Made by a program: the position numbers and the translations under genes
Notes under the pieces: model-generated
Databases searched by the model: none
The model's input: only the letters and a program-made list of their open reading frames with translations
Told to the model about the DNA's origin: nothing
In this document: positions 52,231-64,000 of the stretch, piece by piece
How the letters are laid out: every line of letters begins with the position of its first letter
Position numbering within the stretch: the first letter of the stretch is position 1
From: Antedon mediterranea
Lineage: Eukaryota; Animalia; Echinodermata
Direction: 5' to 3'
DNA: 64,000 nt
NCBI RefSeq assembly: GCF_964355755.1
Contig: NC_092673.1
Location: 18,969,648-19,033,647 of the forward strand

Positions 52231-54343
52231 GGGATCCAGTCAAGTCGCCCCATCGCAAAGTCGCCCCATACAAAGTCGCCCAATACAAAGTCGCCCCATC
52301 GCAAAGTCGCCCCAAAACAAAGTCGCCCCGGCACAGTCGCCCCATTACAGAGTCGCCCCATCGCAAAGTCGCCCCAACGCAAAGTCGCCCCATCGCAAAG
52401 TCGCCCCAACGCAAAGTCGCCCCATCGCAAAGTCGCCCACGGTTTTATTTCGGAAGTGCCGCCGCTAGTAGTACGCTGTTTTAATCATATAGCGGTTGCG
52501 TTTGATATCGATTGCGTTGTTACTTTGGTCGCGCTAAATGTCGTATACATTATAATGTTTATCCTATTATATACATAATTTGTGTTTTAATTTTTATTTT
52601 ACAGGTTATAATGGAGTGATGTGCTTTTTAAAAATCATTAAAAAATAGTCCCTTGTTTGAAAGTTCTAAAAAGATTTCGAAAAGATTATCCCTGATTTAT
52701 AGTTTCGAAAATGTTAATTTAATATGATTTTAAAATTAGTTACCAGAGCCACAATTACGAATCTTTCTTCAACCTACGTGGATACCAGCTCATTTTTTAG
52801 GATAATATAATAAGTGTATAAATAGTAGGCCTTCGTATATTTACAGTAGTTAAAACAATAACAGCGTTGTAAAACAATAAATGTTATATAGGCTACTTAT
52901 TGATCATTTTGCATTTATTGACAAGTGTCTATAGTTATTTAATTTTAATTATGACTTTTCAAAATGAAGAAATAAAAAAAAGGGGATTTCTTCGCCGATA
53001 TGATCGTTTTACACATGCAGGTATTTTAGTAAAATTAAAACGCTACATTTTGACCATGGAAAACCCATCGTACAGATGATTATCGTGTGCGTGTTTTTTA
53101 AAAAGGGGAATCCCCGACGGGCAGCAGAAAGACGTAGCAGCTGTGAGAAGGAAACAGATACCAGAAGGAGCAGCTCCGATTGGTTTCAGAGAATGTTTCA
53201 GATTGCGAGTCGCTTTTTATTCAACAGCAGTTTTCAACCCTTTTGGTTATAGAACATTCTAATTATCATGCCTAATAAATATCCTCATATCGGGTGTTTA
53301 TTTAATTTTAATAAACAAGACAGTGAAGAGGCACGGAATAATACATACACGGACGTACGACGAATACACACATGCACGTCATCATTTACGACATAATATA
53401 GTGGCGATATGATGCAATTTTATAATGGATATAATGATGGGATTGCATTTCCAGGCTTATAATCAATGTTCATTGTAATACTATGTATATAATAGTAAAC
53501 TGAATGTTTATAAACAAATTGTTTTACCTAATTTGTTGCATATAAAAATAAAAGACACAGACGTAGCCTACGTTCCCTATAAAATATTTCACATTTAAAT
53601 TTATGTACTGTTAAATGACATTATGCTGAATAATAGGCTTACTACAATCTTAAACTATGTTTACAAATTGTCATTTTTAAGGCACACATCTTTCTCTCAT
53701 CATAGACCTCAGTGTAAAATAAAAACAAAAATCAATTATTAATATAGGCCTAATAATAATAAATATTCATCGACCAAAGTAAAAATAATCTAGATCGTAT
53801 AACATCATTTTATCGCGACCAAAATTAAACGCCACCGATTTCGAACGCGACTGATATCATCGTAAAACTCCGACGGGGTTTCCCCATCTTCAGATGGTGC
53901 GTTGTAGTGCGACAACGGCGGAGTAAATACGGGGGTTTCCCTCTGGTGAGAGCTAGCACGTTAGTGCGACCGCGGAGTGATTAGTTGGGGGCTTCCTCTC
54001 TGATGATTGGGGAGCGTGCCGATCGTGTGACCTGAGACTACATGGAGGGGCTTTCCCTTTTATGCCTACACGTTCCGTGTTATTTTGTGTATCATTGCGA
54101 CATTTTACGCACTTTTAAACTATTTTTTAACGTTTGGGCGACTTTGCGATGGGGCGACTTTGTGTTGGGGCGACTTTGCGATGGGGCGACATTGCGTTGG
54201 GGCGACTTTGCGATGGGGCGACTTTGCAATGGGGCGACTGTGTCAGGGCGACTTTGTTTTGGGGCGACTTTGCGATGGGGCGACTGTGTATGGGGCGACT
54301 TTGTATGGGGCGACTTTGCAATGGGGCGACTTGACTAGCATCC
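52231..54343. mobile_element. MULE-like non-autonomous element with ~210-bp TIRs made of aaagtcgccccatcgc repeats and an 8-bp TSD
   Basis: Ends gggatccagtcaagtcgcccc and ggggcgacttgactagcatcc; TSD gtaggtag at 52223-52230 and 54344-54351; empty site at ~41468. Confidence 0.88.
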
Positions 54344-57300
54344 GTAGGTAGCTACTACTAGGCTCTAGGGCGTATGTATGATGTTAACTACTAGGGCCTA
54401 GGCTAGGCCTAGAGGCCTACTAGTACTAGGCTAGGCCTAGACTTAAGTTGTAGTAGGCTAGGGCCGGGCCTGCTGCCTTAGGCTAGGCTACTACTACTAC
54501 TACTACTACTAGGCAGCCCATGATGGGTACGAGTAAACCAAAATTTTGGATATATGTAAACCAAAATTTCGGTACGAGCGTGTTGGCATGGCATGGGTAC
54601 GGGTTGACCTGTATCCTTCTAGCTAATCGTACTATGCCTAGGCCTCAAGTAAGTCTACGCTACCCAATCCGGCTACAATATGGTCTATTTGTTTTATAGC
54701 TTTATTGATAGCTGGGTTCAAATCTGGGTTGGGACGGCTTTTTCTCATTCTAAAACAGATTTCCTTTCATAATAAAATAATATATTAATTTATTTGTAAT
54801 ATTGTAATGTATACATAATATAAGTAATTGCCATTGCCTTTATTACTATTAATTATGTATTATACGGTTACCCCTTAATTATACTATAGTATAATTTCCT
54901 TGTTATATTTTACAATATTTTCTTCCTAATTCTACAATTTTGTCTTTCACAGCACAAATTTATCATACTGAATCATCACACACCAAGTCTCATAAATCTC
55001 TACTGTATTTGTCCAAGCTACTCCAGCTACATGGTATTGCCTTGAGGCTAAACTACACGGTATACTGGCACTACCATCATTCCTGGCTCGTCAACCTGTA
55101 CCACATAAGCACAGTTTCAGTTTCAGTTTATTTACCATTTCAATTTCTGAACATAAGAGATGAACAACTTATATGGATGGATAACCGTAAGAGCGAAGCT
55201 CGTTTACCGGTCACCCGTTAGTGCAGTGACATTACAGAAAACATAAAGACAGGACAAAGGTGCAATACTTAACAAGACATGTGAACACTTGTGTTTGCAA
55301 CCCCTTGGATAAAATAATATATTTATATAAAGGAGAAAGTTAGATATTATAATATTTCTTATTGATCATACAATGATAATTTTTAAATTACTTCTTAAGA
55401 AGTCATACTACTGATTCAAAATAGTGACTTACACCCTGTGGTCAAGGTTTTATTTGCTCTTATGCTTATTTCCTCCAACATACAGAGTAACAGAGTACAT
55501 AGGACTTTTTTTATTCATAACTGTTGAATTGTTTCCCAATACATAGTACCTATTGGTATTATATCTAAAAATACAAAGGCGGCTAAAACAGATAGTTCCA
55601 TATATACAGTACTCTTTTATAGATAGATGTATCTCTCCAAACTACTCCCAACTACCTAATCTAATAATAGTACTATTAGCATACTACTATACACTTTGTA
55701 GACAAGAAATAAGTTGTATACACCTACAGGACTTATGGTAGTACAGTCGATCGCACTCTCACTGGCCCGGTCAACATAATCTATACCTAGATTATTACAG
55801 TAATTAAAGTACATTGTTACAGAGTTTTGTTTTTTTTGCAGAAATCAAAGTTATGTGTATAGAAAGCAGTACTCGTATTAAAAACTAAGCAGGTTGCAGG
55901 TCTTGAATGCAAACTGGCAGGATATTTTGAATATTTTTTGTTGTTGAAATGATGGAATCCTAACTTCAATTTCCACGAACTGGAGACGAAGACATATTAT
56001 GACCCTTTTATTTAAATTTATTTGAATAGACCTCCATGTAAAGTCATTAAAGGCTACATGATTGTTTTATATTTTAATATGTGATCGTAGGAAATCATTG
56101 TGTATAATGAGGACTATGAATCTGATATTTACTTGCATTCTTATCTTTTTAAAATATTATTTATAATGCCGGTAATGAGTGTAAAATTTAATTATATTGA
56201 CTATTTTTGATAATCATCATGTCCTTATAAATTCATTTATACTTTTTTTGTGTAATATAGTTCATATATTATGTATTAAATAAATTGGTAAGGCCCTATA
56301 CTGTTATTATTTAAGGAAAGTTTATATACACTATTATTTTATGCCTACCAATATTAGTATTAATTGTTTATGTAAATATTTTGTCTAATTGCCTTGATTT
56401 TTGTATAGGCCAATGGCATCAATGTTTTTCTCAAAGCAAATTAGCCTAATAATGCCACATTTAGACACATGATTCATTGATTTCTGATATTCTGTACTTG
56501 TGTATGCATTACTAAAATAGTAGTTAATATATTTCATTTATAATGTATGTATAAACATATATTCATATTTTTTTTAACATTTTTAAATTTAAAAATTATT
56601 ACAATACCTATCTACCTTTCTGATATTGTTACTATTATATAATATTCTTTGAGGCAGCAATAAAAAAAAAATTAGAACAATTAATTTGACTTATACTGTA
56701 CTATGTTAGTTCGGGAGATGAAGTGTGTGTGGGTAGAAACTAGTGTGTTGGAGGTTGGTGGTGTGAGGTGTATAGTTGTCACTTTAAGACCTAAATTAGA
56801 TGTTTTCTGAAGAAAAGAAGTAAGCGGATACGCTTTCAAACAACTCCAAGAAGATTCACACAAAAATAATTACTTTCCAATAAAGTAGTATAACAGTGTA
56901 TATTACAGTACATTGAATAAACTCGAGCGGAATAATAACGCACATAAAAAAACATTCATTTTCTTTTCGAAAAGTGCCCTCTCTAGTTTTCTATTAATTT
57001 ATTAATAATTATTATTAATTAATGAGTAGGCTAATATGAACATATTTTTAACATTCAATGCTGGAAGCTGGTTCTACTCCTAACAAAGTTTCATATCTCC
57101 AAATTTCATTAACGTATTCAAAGCACTTCAATATTAAATATCACATTTAACATAAAAATTCGGGTTTTGGATAGAATTTTGCTTAAAAAAATATACAAAA
57201 AACATCGATAAAAAATACTTTTCGCATTCAAAAACATTTGATACTTGGTATAAATGTTCACTATAGGTTGCTCTATTCACAGAAATAAATTGCATTCATG

Positions 57301-58341
57301 AACGTTTTGTGTTGGTTTGTTTTTTCAAAATAGTTATTAGCTTGAAAAAAATGAGTTGGAATTGTGTGGTCTTTCATAAGTGTACATTTTGTAAAAACGT
57401 AAATTAAAAAAATCAGTGATATGGCTTGATAGTTACTTTTTGTTTGCAATATGGATGGAGCAACCTATATTGAACATTTATACCAAGTATCAAATGTTTT
57501 TGAATACGAAAAGTATTTTTTATCGATGTTTTTTGTATATGTTTTTAAGCAAAATTATATCCAAAACCTGAATTTGTAATGTTAAATGTAATTTATTTAA
57601 GTGCTTTGAATACGTTGATGAAATTTGGAGATATGAAACTTTGTTAGGAGTAGATACAGTTTCCAGCATTAAATGTTAAAAATATGTTTATATTACTCAT
57701 TAATTGATAATAATTATTAATAAATTAATAGAAAACTAGAGAGGGCACTTTTCGACAAGAAAATTAATGTTTTTTATGTGCGTTATTATTCCGCTCGAGT
57801 TTATTCAATGTACTGTAATATACACTGTTATACTATTTTATTGGAAAGTAATTATTTTTGTGTGAATCTTCTTGGAGTTGTTTGAAAGCGTATCCGCTTA
57901 CTTCTTTTCTTCAGAAAACATCTAATTTAGGTCTTAAAGTGACAACTATACACCTCACACCACCAACCTCCAACACACTAGTTTCTGCCCACACACACTT
58001 CATCTCCTGAACTAACATAGTACAGTATAAGTCAAATAAATTTTTAAATTTTTTTTTATTGCTGCCTCAAAAAATATTATATAATAGTAACAATATCAGA
58101 AAGGTAGATAGGTATTGTAATAATTTTTAAATTTAAAAATGTTTAAAAAAATATGAATATATGTTTATACATACATTATAAATGAAATATATTAACTACT
58201 ATTTTAGTAATGCATACACAAGTACAGAATATCAGAAATCAATGAATCATGTGTCTAAATGTGGCATTATTAGGCTAATTTGCTTTGAGAAAAACATTGA
58301 TGCCATTGGCCTATACAAAAATCAAGGCAATTAGACAAAAT

Positions 58342-58499
58342 ATTTACATAAACAATTAATAAGGGCCACAATGGAAATAAGTTTGACCTTTGGTTACTTT
58401 TTTGTGTTACCCTGAATTCATTCTTTGTATTTTTTTTATTTTTTTATGTTGTGTTATTTTATGAATTCGAATAAAGAAATGAAAAAAAAAAAAAAAAAA
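58342..58499 (+). mobile_element. Very short 5'-truncated LINE 3' end with poly(A), related to the LINE at 1850-5088
   Basis: attcattctttgtattttt...atgttgtgttattttatgaattcgaataaagaaat shared with 5017-5071; absent from the sister arm at ~45300. Confidence 0.8.
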
Positions 58500-59621
58500 T
58501 ACTAATATTGGTAGGCATAAAATAATAGTGTATATAAACTTTCCTTAAATAATAACAGTATAGGGCCTTACCAATTTATTTAATACATAATATATTAACT
58601 ATATTACACAAAAAAAGTATAAATGAATTTATAAGGACATGATGATTATCAAAAATAGTCAATATAATTAAATTTTAAACTCATTACCGGCATTATAAAT
58701 AATATTTTAAAAAGATAAGAATGCAAGTAAATATCAGATTCATAGTCCTCATTATACACAATGATTTTCTACTATCACATAGTAAAATATAATACAATCA
58801 TGTAGCCTTTAATGAGTTTACATGGAGGTCTATTCAAATAAATTTAAATAAAAGGGTCATAATATGTCTTCGTCTCCAGTTCGTGGAAATTGAAGTTAGG
58901 ATTCCATCATTTCAACAACAACAAATATTCAAAATATCCTGTCAGTTTGCCATCCATATAAGTTGTTCATCTCTTATGTTCAGAAATTGAAATGGTAAAT
59001 AAACTGAAACTGAAACTGTGCTTATGTGGTACAGGTTGACGAGCCAGGAATGATGGTAGTGCCAGTATACCGTGTAGTTTAGCCTCAAGGCAATACCATG
59101 TAGCTGGAGTAGCTTGGACAAATACAGTAGAGATTTATGAGACTTGGTGTGTGATGATTCAGTATGATAAATTTGTGCTTTGAAAGACAAAATTGTAGAT
59201 TTAGGAAGAAAATATTGTAAAATATAACAAGGAAATTATACTATAGTATAATTAAGGGGTAACCGTATAATACATAATTAATAGTAATAAAGGCAATGGC
59301 AATTACTTATATTATGTATACATTACAATATTACAAATAAATTCATATATTATTTTATTATAAGGAAATCTGTTTTAGAATGAGAAAAAGCCGTCCCAAC
59401 ACAGATTTGAACCCAGCTATAAATAAAGCTATAAAACAAAATAGACCATATTGTAGCCGGACTGGGTAGCGTAGACTTACTTGAGGCCTAGGCATAGTAC
59501 GATTAGCTAGAAGGATACAGGTCAACCCGTACCCATGCCATGGATGCCAACACGCTCGTACCCAAATTTTGGTTTACATATATCCAAAATGTTGGCTTAC
59601 TCGTACCCATCATGGGCTGCC

Positions 59622-59654
<33 letters not shown>

Positions 59655-61193
59655 CCTAGCCTAAGGCAGCAGGCCCGGCCCTAGCCTACTACAACTTAAG
59701 TCTAGGCCTAGCCTAGTACTAGGCCTCTAGGCCTAGCCGAGGCCCTAGTAGTTAACATCGTACATACGCCCTAGAGCCTAGTAGTAGCTACCTACTACTC
59801 ACTAGCTAGGCCTAGGTAGTAGCAGTAGTAGTTATTGTAGTAGTATTATTGTATTGTAGTATTAGTTGTAGCTGTCCGGTGATCCTTGGTCACTTGTCTA
59901 GATCCCCTAGTAGGCCTAGGCTAGGCCTAGTACGTAGTTATTCTTCAACAGTCACACAATTTAGATTCTGCCGGCCGCTGATTGCTAGTGAACAGGGGGA
60001 GGGAGAGAAAGAGTTAGAAGAACTGAAATAAGCCGTGACGTATAATAAACATCATACAAAATAATAATATAACTAACGAATCCGTATAATATAATAATGT
60101 TGTATGTTATAAAGTAAAGTAAATGCGTTTAATATAATACAATTATATTATAATATAATGTATTTTATTAATAATATAATATTAAATGTTCATAATATAA
60201 TGCTAAAACCAAATAATATAATACAAAAAGTCAATAATTTGTTACATTTTTCACATAATATATTAGAAATAGATATAATATAATGCTAAAACCAAGTAAT
60301 ATAATGCAAAACGTATAATTCATTACAATACAATATATAATATAATAAAAAAATGATATAATAATATAATATTTTGAATACTTCAGACAGCTGAGGCTTG
60401 CCATATAATTCATTACAATACAATATATAATATAATAAAAAAATGATATAATAATATAATATTTTGAATACTTCAGACAGCTGAGGCTTGCCATAATTTA
60501 TGATCTGATGAATCAGTATAATTTTGTTTACATATTTTTGACCGTAAAACAAATATAAATTGGTCATATGTAGCTGTAAAGATAACAATAATTGACAATG
60601 GTCTAATTAATTGTAAAGATGAAATAAAATGGGACAACTACATTGATTAATAATAAAATAACAAATAAAAAATGCTTATGTCAAAAAAATTAATAGAATC
60701 TGATTTTAATAAAAAATAATTATTAATTAATAACATGCTCCCTCCCTTACCTTACAAAAAAATGCTTCTGTAACAGTAATAGGCTAACAATCTCTAGATG
60801 TGATCCATGGTAAGATATTCTATTTTGTTCTCATTTATCAATCATGTCAATTAGGATTATTGACCACATTATTTAGCAGTAATTCTTGCTATGGTTTGGG
60901 TTGACAAAAAAAACCCCCCAATTTCACATAATGTCTGTTGTCAGTATTATACACCAGCAACATTGCAAAAGAAGGTAATGTACAAGGATTTGCTGGTGTA
61001 ATAGGCTAACATTCTATAGATATGCTGTGGTAAACCATTCTATTTTGTTCTACTCATTTATTAATAATGATAATTATGATTATTTACCACAATATTTAGT
61101 AGCAATTGTTGTTGTTTGTATTAACAAAAAACAAACAATTTCACATAATGTCTGTTGTCAGTATTTATAAACTTCATTATGATTCCTTTCCAG

Positions 61194-61301
61194 AATGGTG
61201 ACACTCCATTACATTTATATCTGGGGAGTGTATATACACCTACCTTAGAAATAGTGACGTGTCTCATTCAGCATGGGGCACCAGTAGCATTGCAAAATAA
61301 G
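61194..61301 (+). CDS. Ankyrin-repeat exon A (NGDTPLHLYLGSVYTPTLEIVTCLIQHGAPVALQNK)
   Basis: tttccAG / GTAAAT, 108 nt, phase 0/0; G-TPLH...EIV..LI..GA ankyrin consensus. Confidence 0.85.
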
Positions 61302-61522
61302 GTAAATGTACAGGGATTTGCTAGTGTAATAGGCTAACATTCTATAGATATGCTGTGGTAAACCATTCTATTTTGTTCTACTCATTTATTAATAATGATA
61401 ATTATGATTATTTTACCACTTTATTTAGCATTAATTGTTGTTGTTTGTATTGACAAAAAACAAACAATTTCACATAATGTCTGTTGTCAGTATTTATAAA
61501 CTTCATTATGATTCCTTTCTAG

Positions 61523-61633
61523 GTTGGTGACACTCTATTACATTCATATCTGAGGATTGAATATACACAACCTACCTTAGAAATAGTGACGTGTCTCATT
61601 CAGCAAGGGGCACCAGTAGCATTGCAAAATAAG
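61523..61633 (+). CDS. Ankyrin-repeat exon B (VGDTLLHSYLRIEYTQPTLEIVTCLIQQGAPVALQNK)
   Basis: tttctAG / GTAATG, 111 nt, phase 0/0. Confidence 0.8.
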
Positions 61634-62040
61634 GTAATGTACAGGGATTTGCTAGTGTAATAGGCTAACATTGTATAGATTTGCGGAAGTAAACCATTCA
61701 ATTAGGATTATTGACCACATTATTTAGCAGTAATTCTTGCAATGGTTTGGGTTGACAAAAAAACCCAATTTCACATACTGTCTGTTGTCAGTATTATACA
61801 CCAGCAACATTGCAAAAGAAGGTAATGTACAGGGATTTGCTAGTGTAGTAGGCTAACATTTTATAGATATGCTGTGGTAAACCATTATATTTTGTTCTAC
61901 TCATTTATTAATAATGATAATTATTATTATTTACCACAATATTTAGCAGCAATTGTTGTTGTTTGTATTGACAAAAAACAAACAATTTTACATAATGTCT
62001 GTTGTCAGTATTTATAAACTTCATTATGATTCCTTTCCAG

Positions 62041-62151
62041 TATGGTGACACTCCATTACATGCATATCTGAGGAGAGGATATAATACACCTACCTTAGAA
62101 ATAGTGACGTGTCTCATTCAGCATGGGGCACCAGTAGCATTGCAAAATAAG
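62041..62151 (+). CDS. Ankyrin-repeat exon C (YGDTPLHAYLRRGYNTPTLEIVTCLIQHGAPVALQNK)
   Basis: tttccAG / GTAATG, 111 nt, phase 0/0. Confidence 0.85.
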
Positions 62152-63271
62152 GTAATGTACAGGGATTTGCTAGTGTAATAAGCTAACATTCTTTAGATCT
62201 GCTGAAGTAAACCATTTAATGAGAGAAAAAAGTAAGCACATTAACAAAAATCAAATTTGATGTAAACAAACCAAATAAAAAAATAACTAAATAGTTTATA
62301 TGATTTATGATAACAAACAAATTTAAAGTATACAGTTACCTATCACATAACATACATCTTTAATTTTCTTAATGAACAAAAAAATCTACTTTTTTTTTTA
62401 TGTTCAGGTGAATCAGTATAATTTTGTTTACATATTTTTGACCGTAAAACAAATATAAATTGCTCCTATGTAGCTGTAAAGATAGCAACGATTGACAATG
62501 GTCTAATTAATTGTAAATATGAAATAAAATGGAACAACTACATTGACTAATAATAAAACAACAAATAAAAAAATGTATGTTAAAAAAATTAATAGAATCT
62601 AATTTTAATAAAAAATAATTATTAATGAATAACCTGCTCCCTCCCTTACCTTACAAAAAAATGCTTCTGTACATCTACCCAGCTAATTATGAACATGGCC
62701 TTAAAGAGATCCTTTTCCAACCTAGGATCTTTTTTTTCATAATATGAAATTATTCTTTTCAAACAGTCCCGTATCTTTTGTGGAAAAATGATTCTATAAA
62801 GTTGCTAGTTAAAATTGAATATACTAGTATTAAGTGCCCACAAATGGTTCTCGAATATATAAACTTTGAGAAATAACTAAAAATTGTCCAAGTCACACTG
62901 TACACAAAGCAAATGAATACAGATATGTTGGAATTTATGTAGTCAAATATAATTGTCATCCTGAGAATTACCTTAATTTTGTTTATTACATGGTATTGTT
63001 CACCAAATTCCTGTCTTGGTACATTTGATGATGGGATGGTATCAGGCTTCATGATATGATAGGATTTTCATCGGGGCAAATGGTTTAAATTAAATTTGTT
63101 ATCGTTAATATCTAACTTAACTTAATTATGATATTGGTTTCATAATGATAATTATGATTATTTACCACAATATTTAGTAGCAATTGTTGTTGTTTGTATT
63201 GACAAAAAACAAACAATTTCACATAATGTCTGTTGTCAGTATTTATAAACTTCATTATGATTCCTTTCCAG

Positions 63272-63379
63272 AATGGGAACACTCCATTACATTCATATCT
63301 GGGGAGTGTATATACACCTACCTTAGAAATAGTGATGTGTCTCATTCAGCATGGGGCACCAGTAGCATTGCAAAATAAG
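63272..63379 (+). CDS. Ankyrin-repeat exon A' (NGNTPLHSYLGSVYTPTLEIVMCLIQHGAPVALQNK)
   Basis: tttccAG / GTAAAT, 108 nt; 2078 bp after exon A. Confidence 0.85.
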
Positions 63380-63600
63380 GTAAATGTACAGGGATTTGCT
63401 AGTGTAATAGGCTAACATTCTATAGATATGCTGTGGTAAACCATTCTATTTTGTTCTACTCATTTATTAATAATGATAATTATGATTATTTTACCACTTT
63501 ATTTAGCATTAATTGTTGTTGTTTGTATTGACAAAAAACAAACAATTTCACATAATGTCTGTTGTCAGTATTTATAAACTTCATTATGATTCCTTTCCAG

Positions 63601-63711
63601 GTTGGTGACACTCTATTACATTCATATCTGAGGATTGAATATACACAACCTACCTTAGAAATAGTGACGTGTCTCATTCAGCAAGGGGCACCAGTAGCAT
63701 TGCAAAATAAG
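63601..63711 (+). CDS. Ankyrin-repeat exon B' (same peptide as exon B)
   Basis: tttccAG / GTAATG, 111 nt; 2078 bp after exon B. Confidence 0.82.
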
Positions 63712-64000
63712 GTAATGTACAGGGATTTGCTAGTGTAATAGGCTAACATTGTATAGATTTGCGGAAGTAAACCATTCAATTAGGATTATTGACCACATTA
63801 TTTAGCAGTAATTCTTGCAATGGTTTGGGTTGACAAAAAAACCCAATTTCACATACTGTCTGTTGTCAGTATTATACACCAGCAACATTGCAAAAGAAGG
63901 TAATGTACAGGGATTTGCTAGTGTAGTAGGCTAACATTCTATAGATATGCTGTGGTAAACCATTATATTTTGTTCTACTCATTTATTAATAATGATAATT

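Larger units (their letters stand above)
51697..60494. mobile_element. Giant palindromic element, copy 2: arm 51697-~57276 (first ~85 bp missing), spacer ~57277-57454, inverted arm to 60404 with a ~0.7-kb deletion near 58950, plus a 90-bp terminal duplication (60405-60494)
   Basis: Same arm and spacer sequence as copy 1; mirrored ORFs 51987/59849 and 54940/58942. Confidence 0.85.

Noticed and set aside
52199-54351. WGDFAMGRLC repeat ORFs, and the STRPQV ORFs near 49142 and 49874
   Set aside because: Translations of MITE subterminal tandem repeats
44218-57454. Flip/flop spacer as a sign of parvovirus-like rolling-hairpin replication
   Set aside because: The spacer has the same orientation in both units and no Rep or polymerase gene is present
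41630-60031. Recurrent short ORFs (MMGTSKPK, MVLYLKIQ, MYCSISCS) as a gene family
   Set aside because: They recur only because the palindrome arm is present four times; mostly non-ATG starts, no domains

Overview
AT-rich metazoan genomic DNA with spliceosomal introns, probably a marine invertebrate (inference from the TE families and gene types). Two host genes lie on the + strand. The first is the 3' end of a gene built from phase-1 exons that include a tandem death-effector-domain (DED)-like exon (1-1.1 kb). The second is an ankyrin-repeat gene starting at ~39.1 kb, whose one-repeat-per-exon array (61.2-63.7 kb) runs off the window. Between them is a nest of transposable elements and satellites: a CR1-like LINE, a MULE-like MITE, a Penelope/Neptune-like element with a hammerhead ribozyme beside a tRNA(ATC)-like gene, a 43-bp satellite split by a LINE, a Copia split by a Rex/Babar LINE, and a 31-bp satellite split by a Gypsy that itself carries a CR1-like LINE. 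The most unusual structure is ~19.6 kb (40.8-60.5 kb) inside the ankyrin-gene intron: two tandem non-coding palindromes with ~3.5-kb arms and a ~180-bp spacer. The two arms of the second copy share variants absent from the first copy, and the copies carry different nested insertions. All alignments and domain calls were made by eye; no searches were run.
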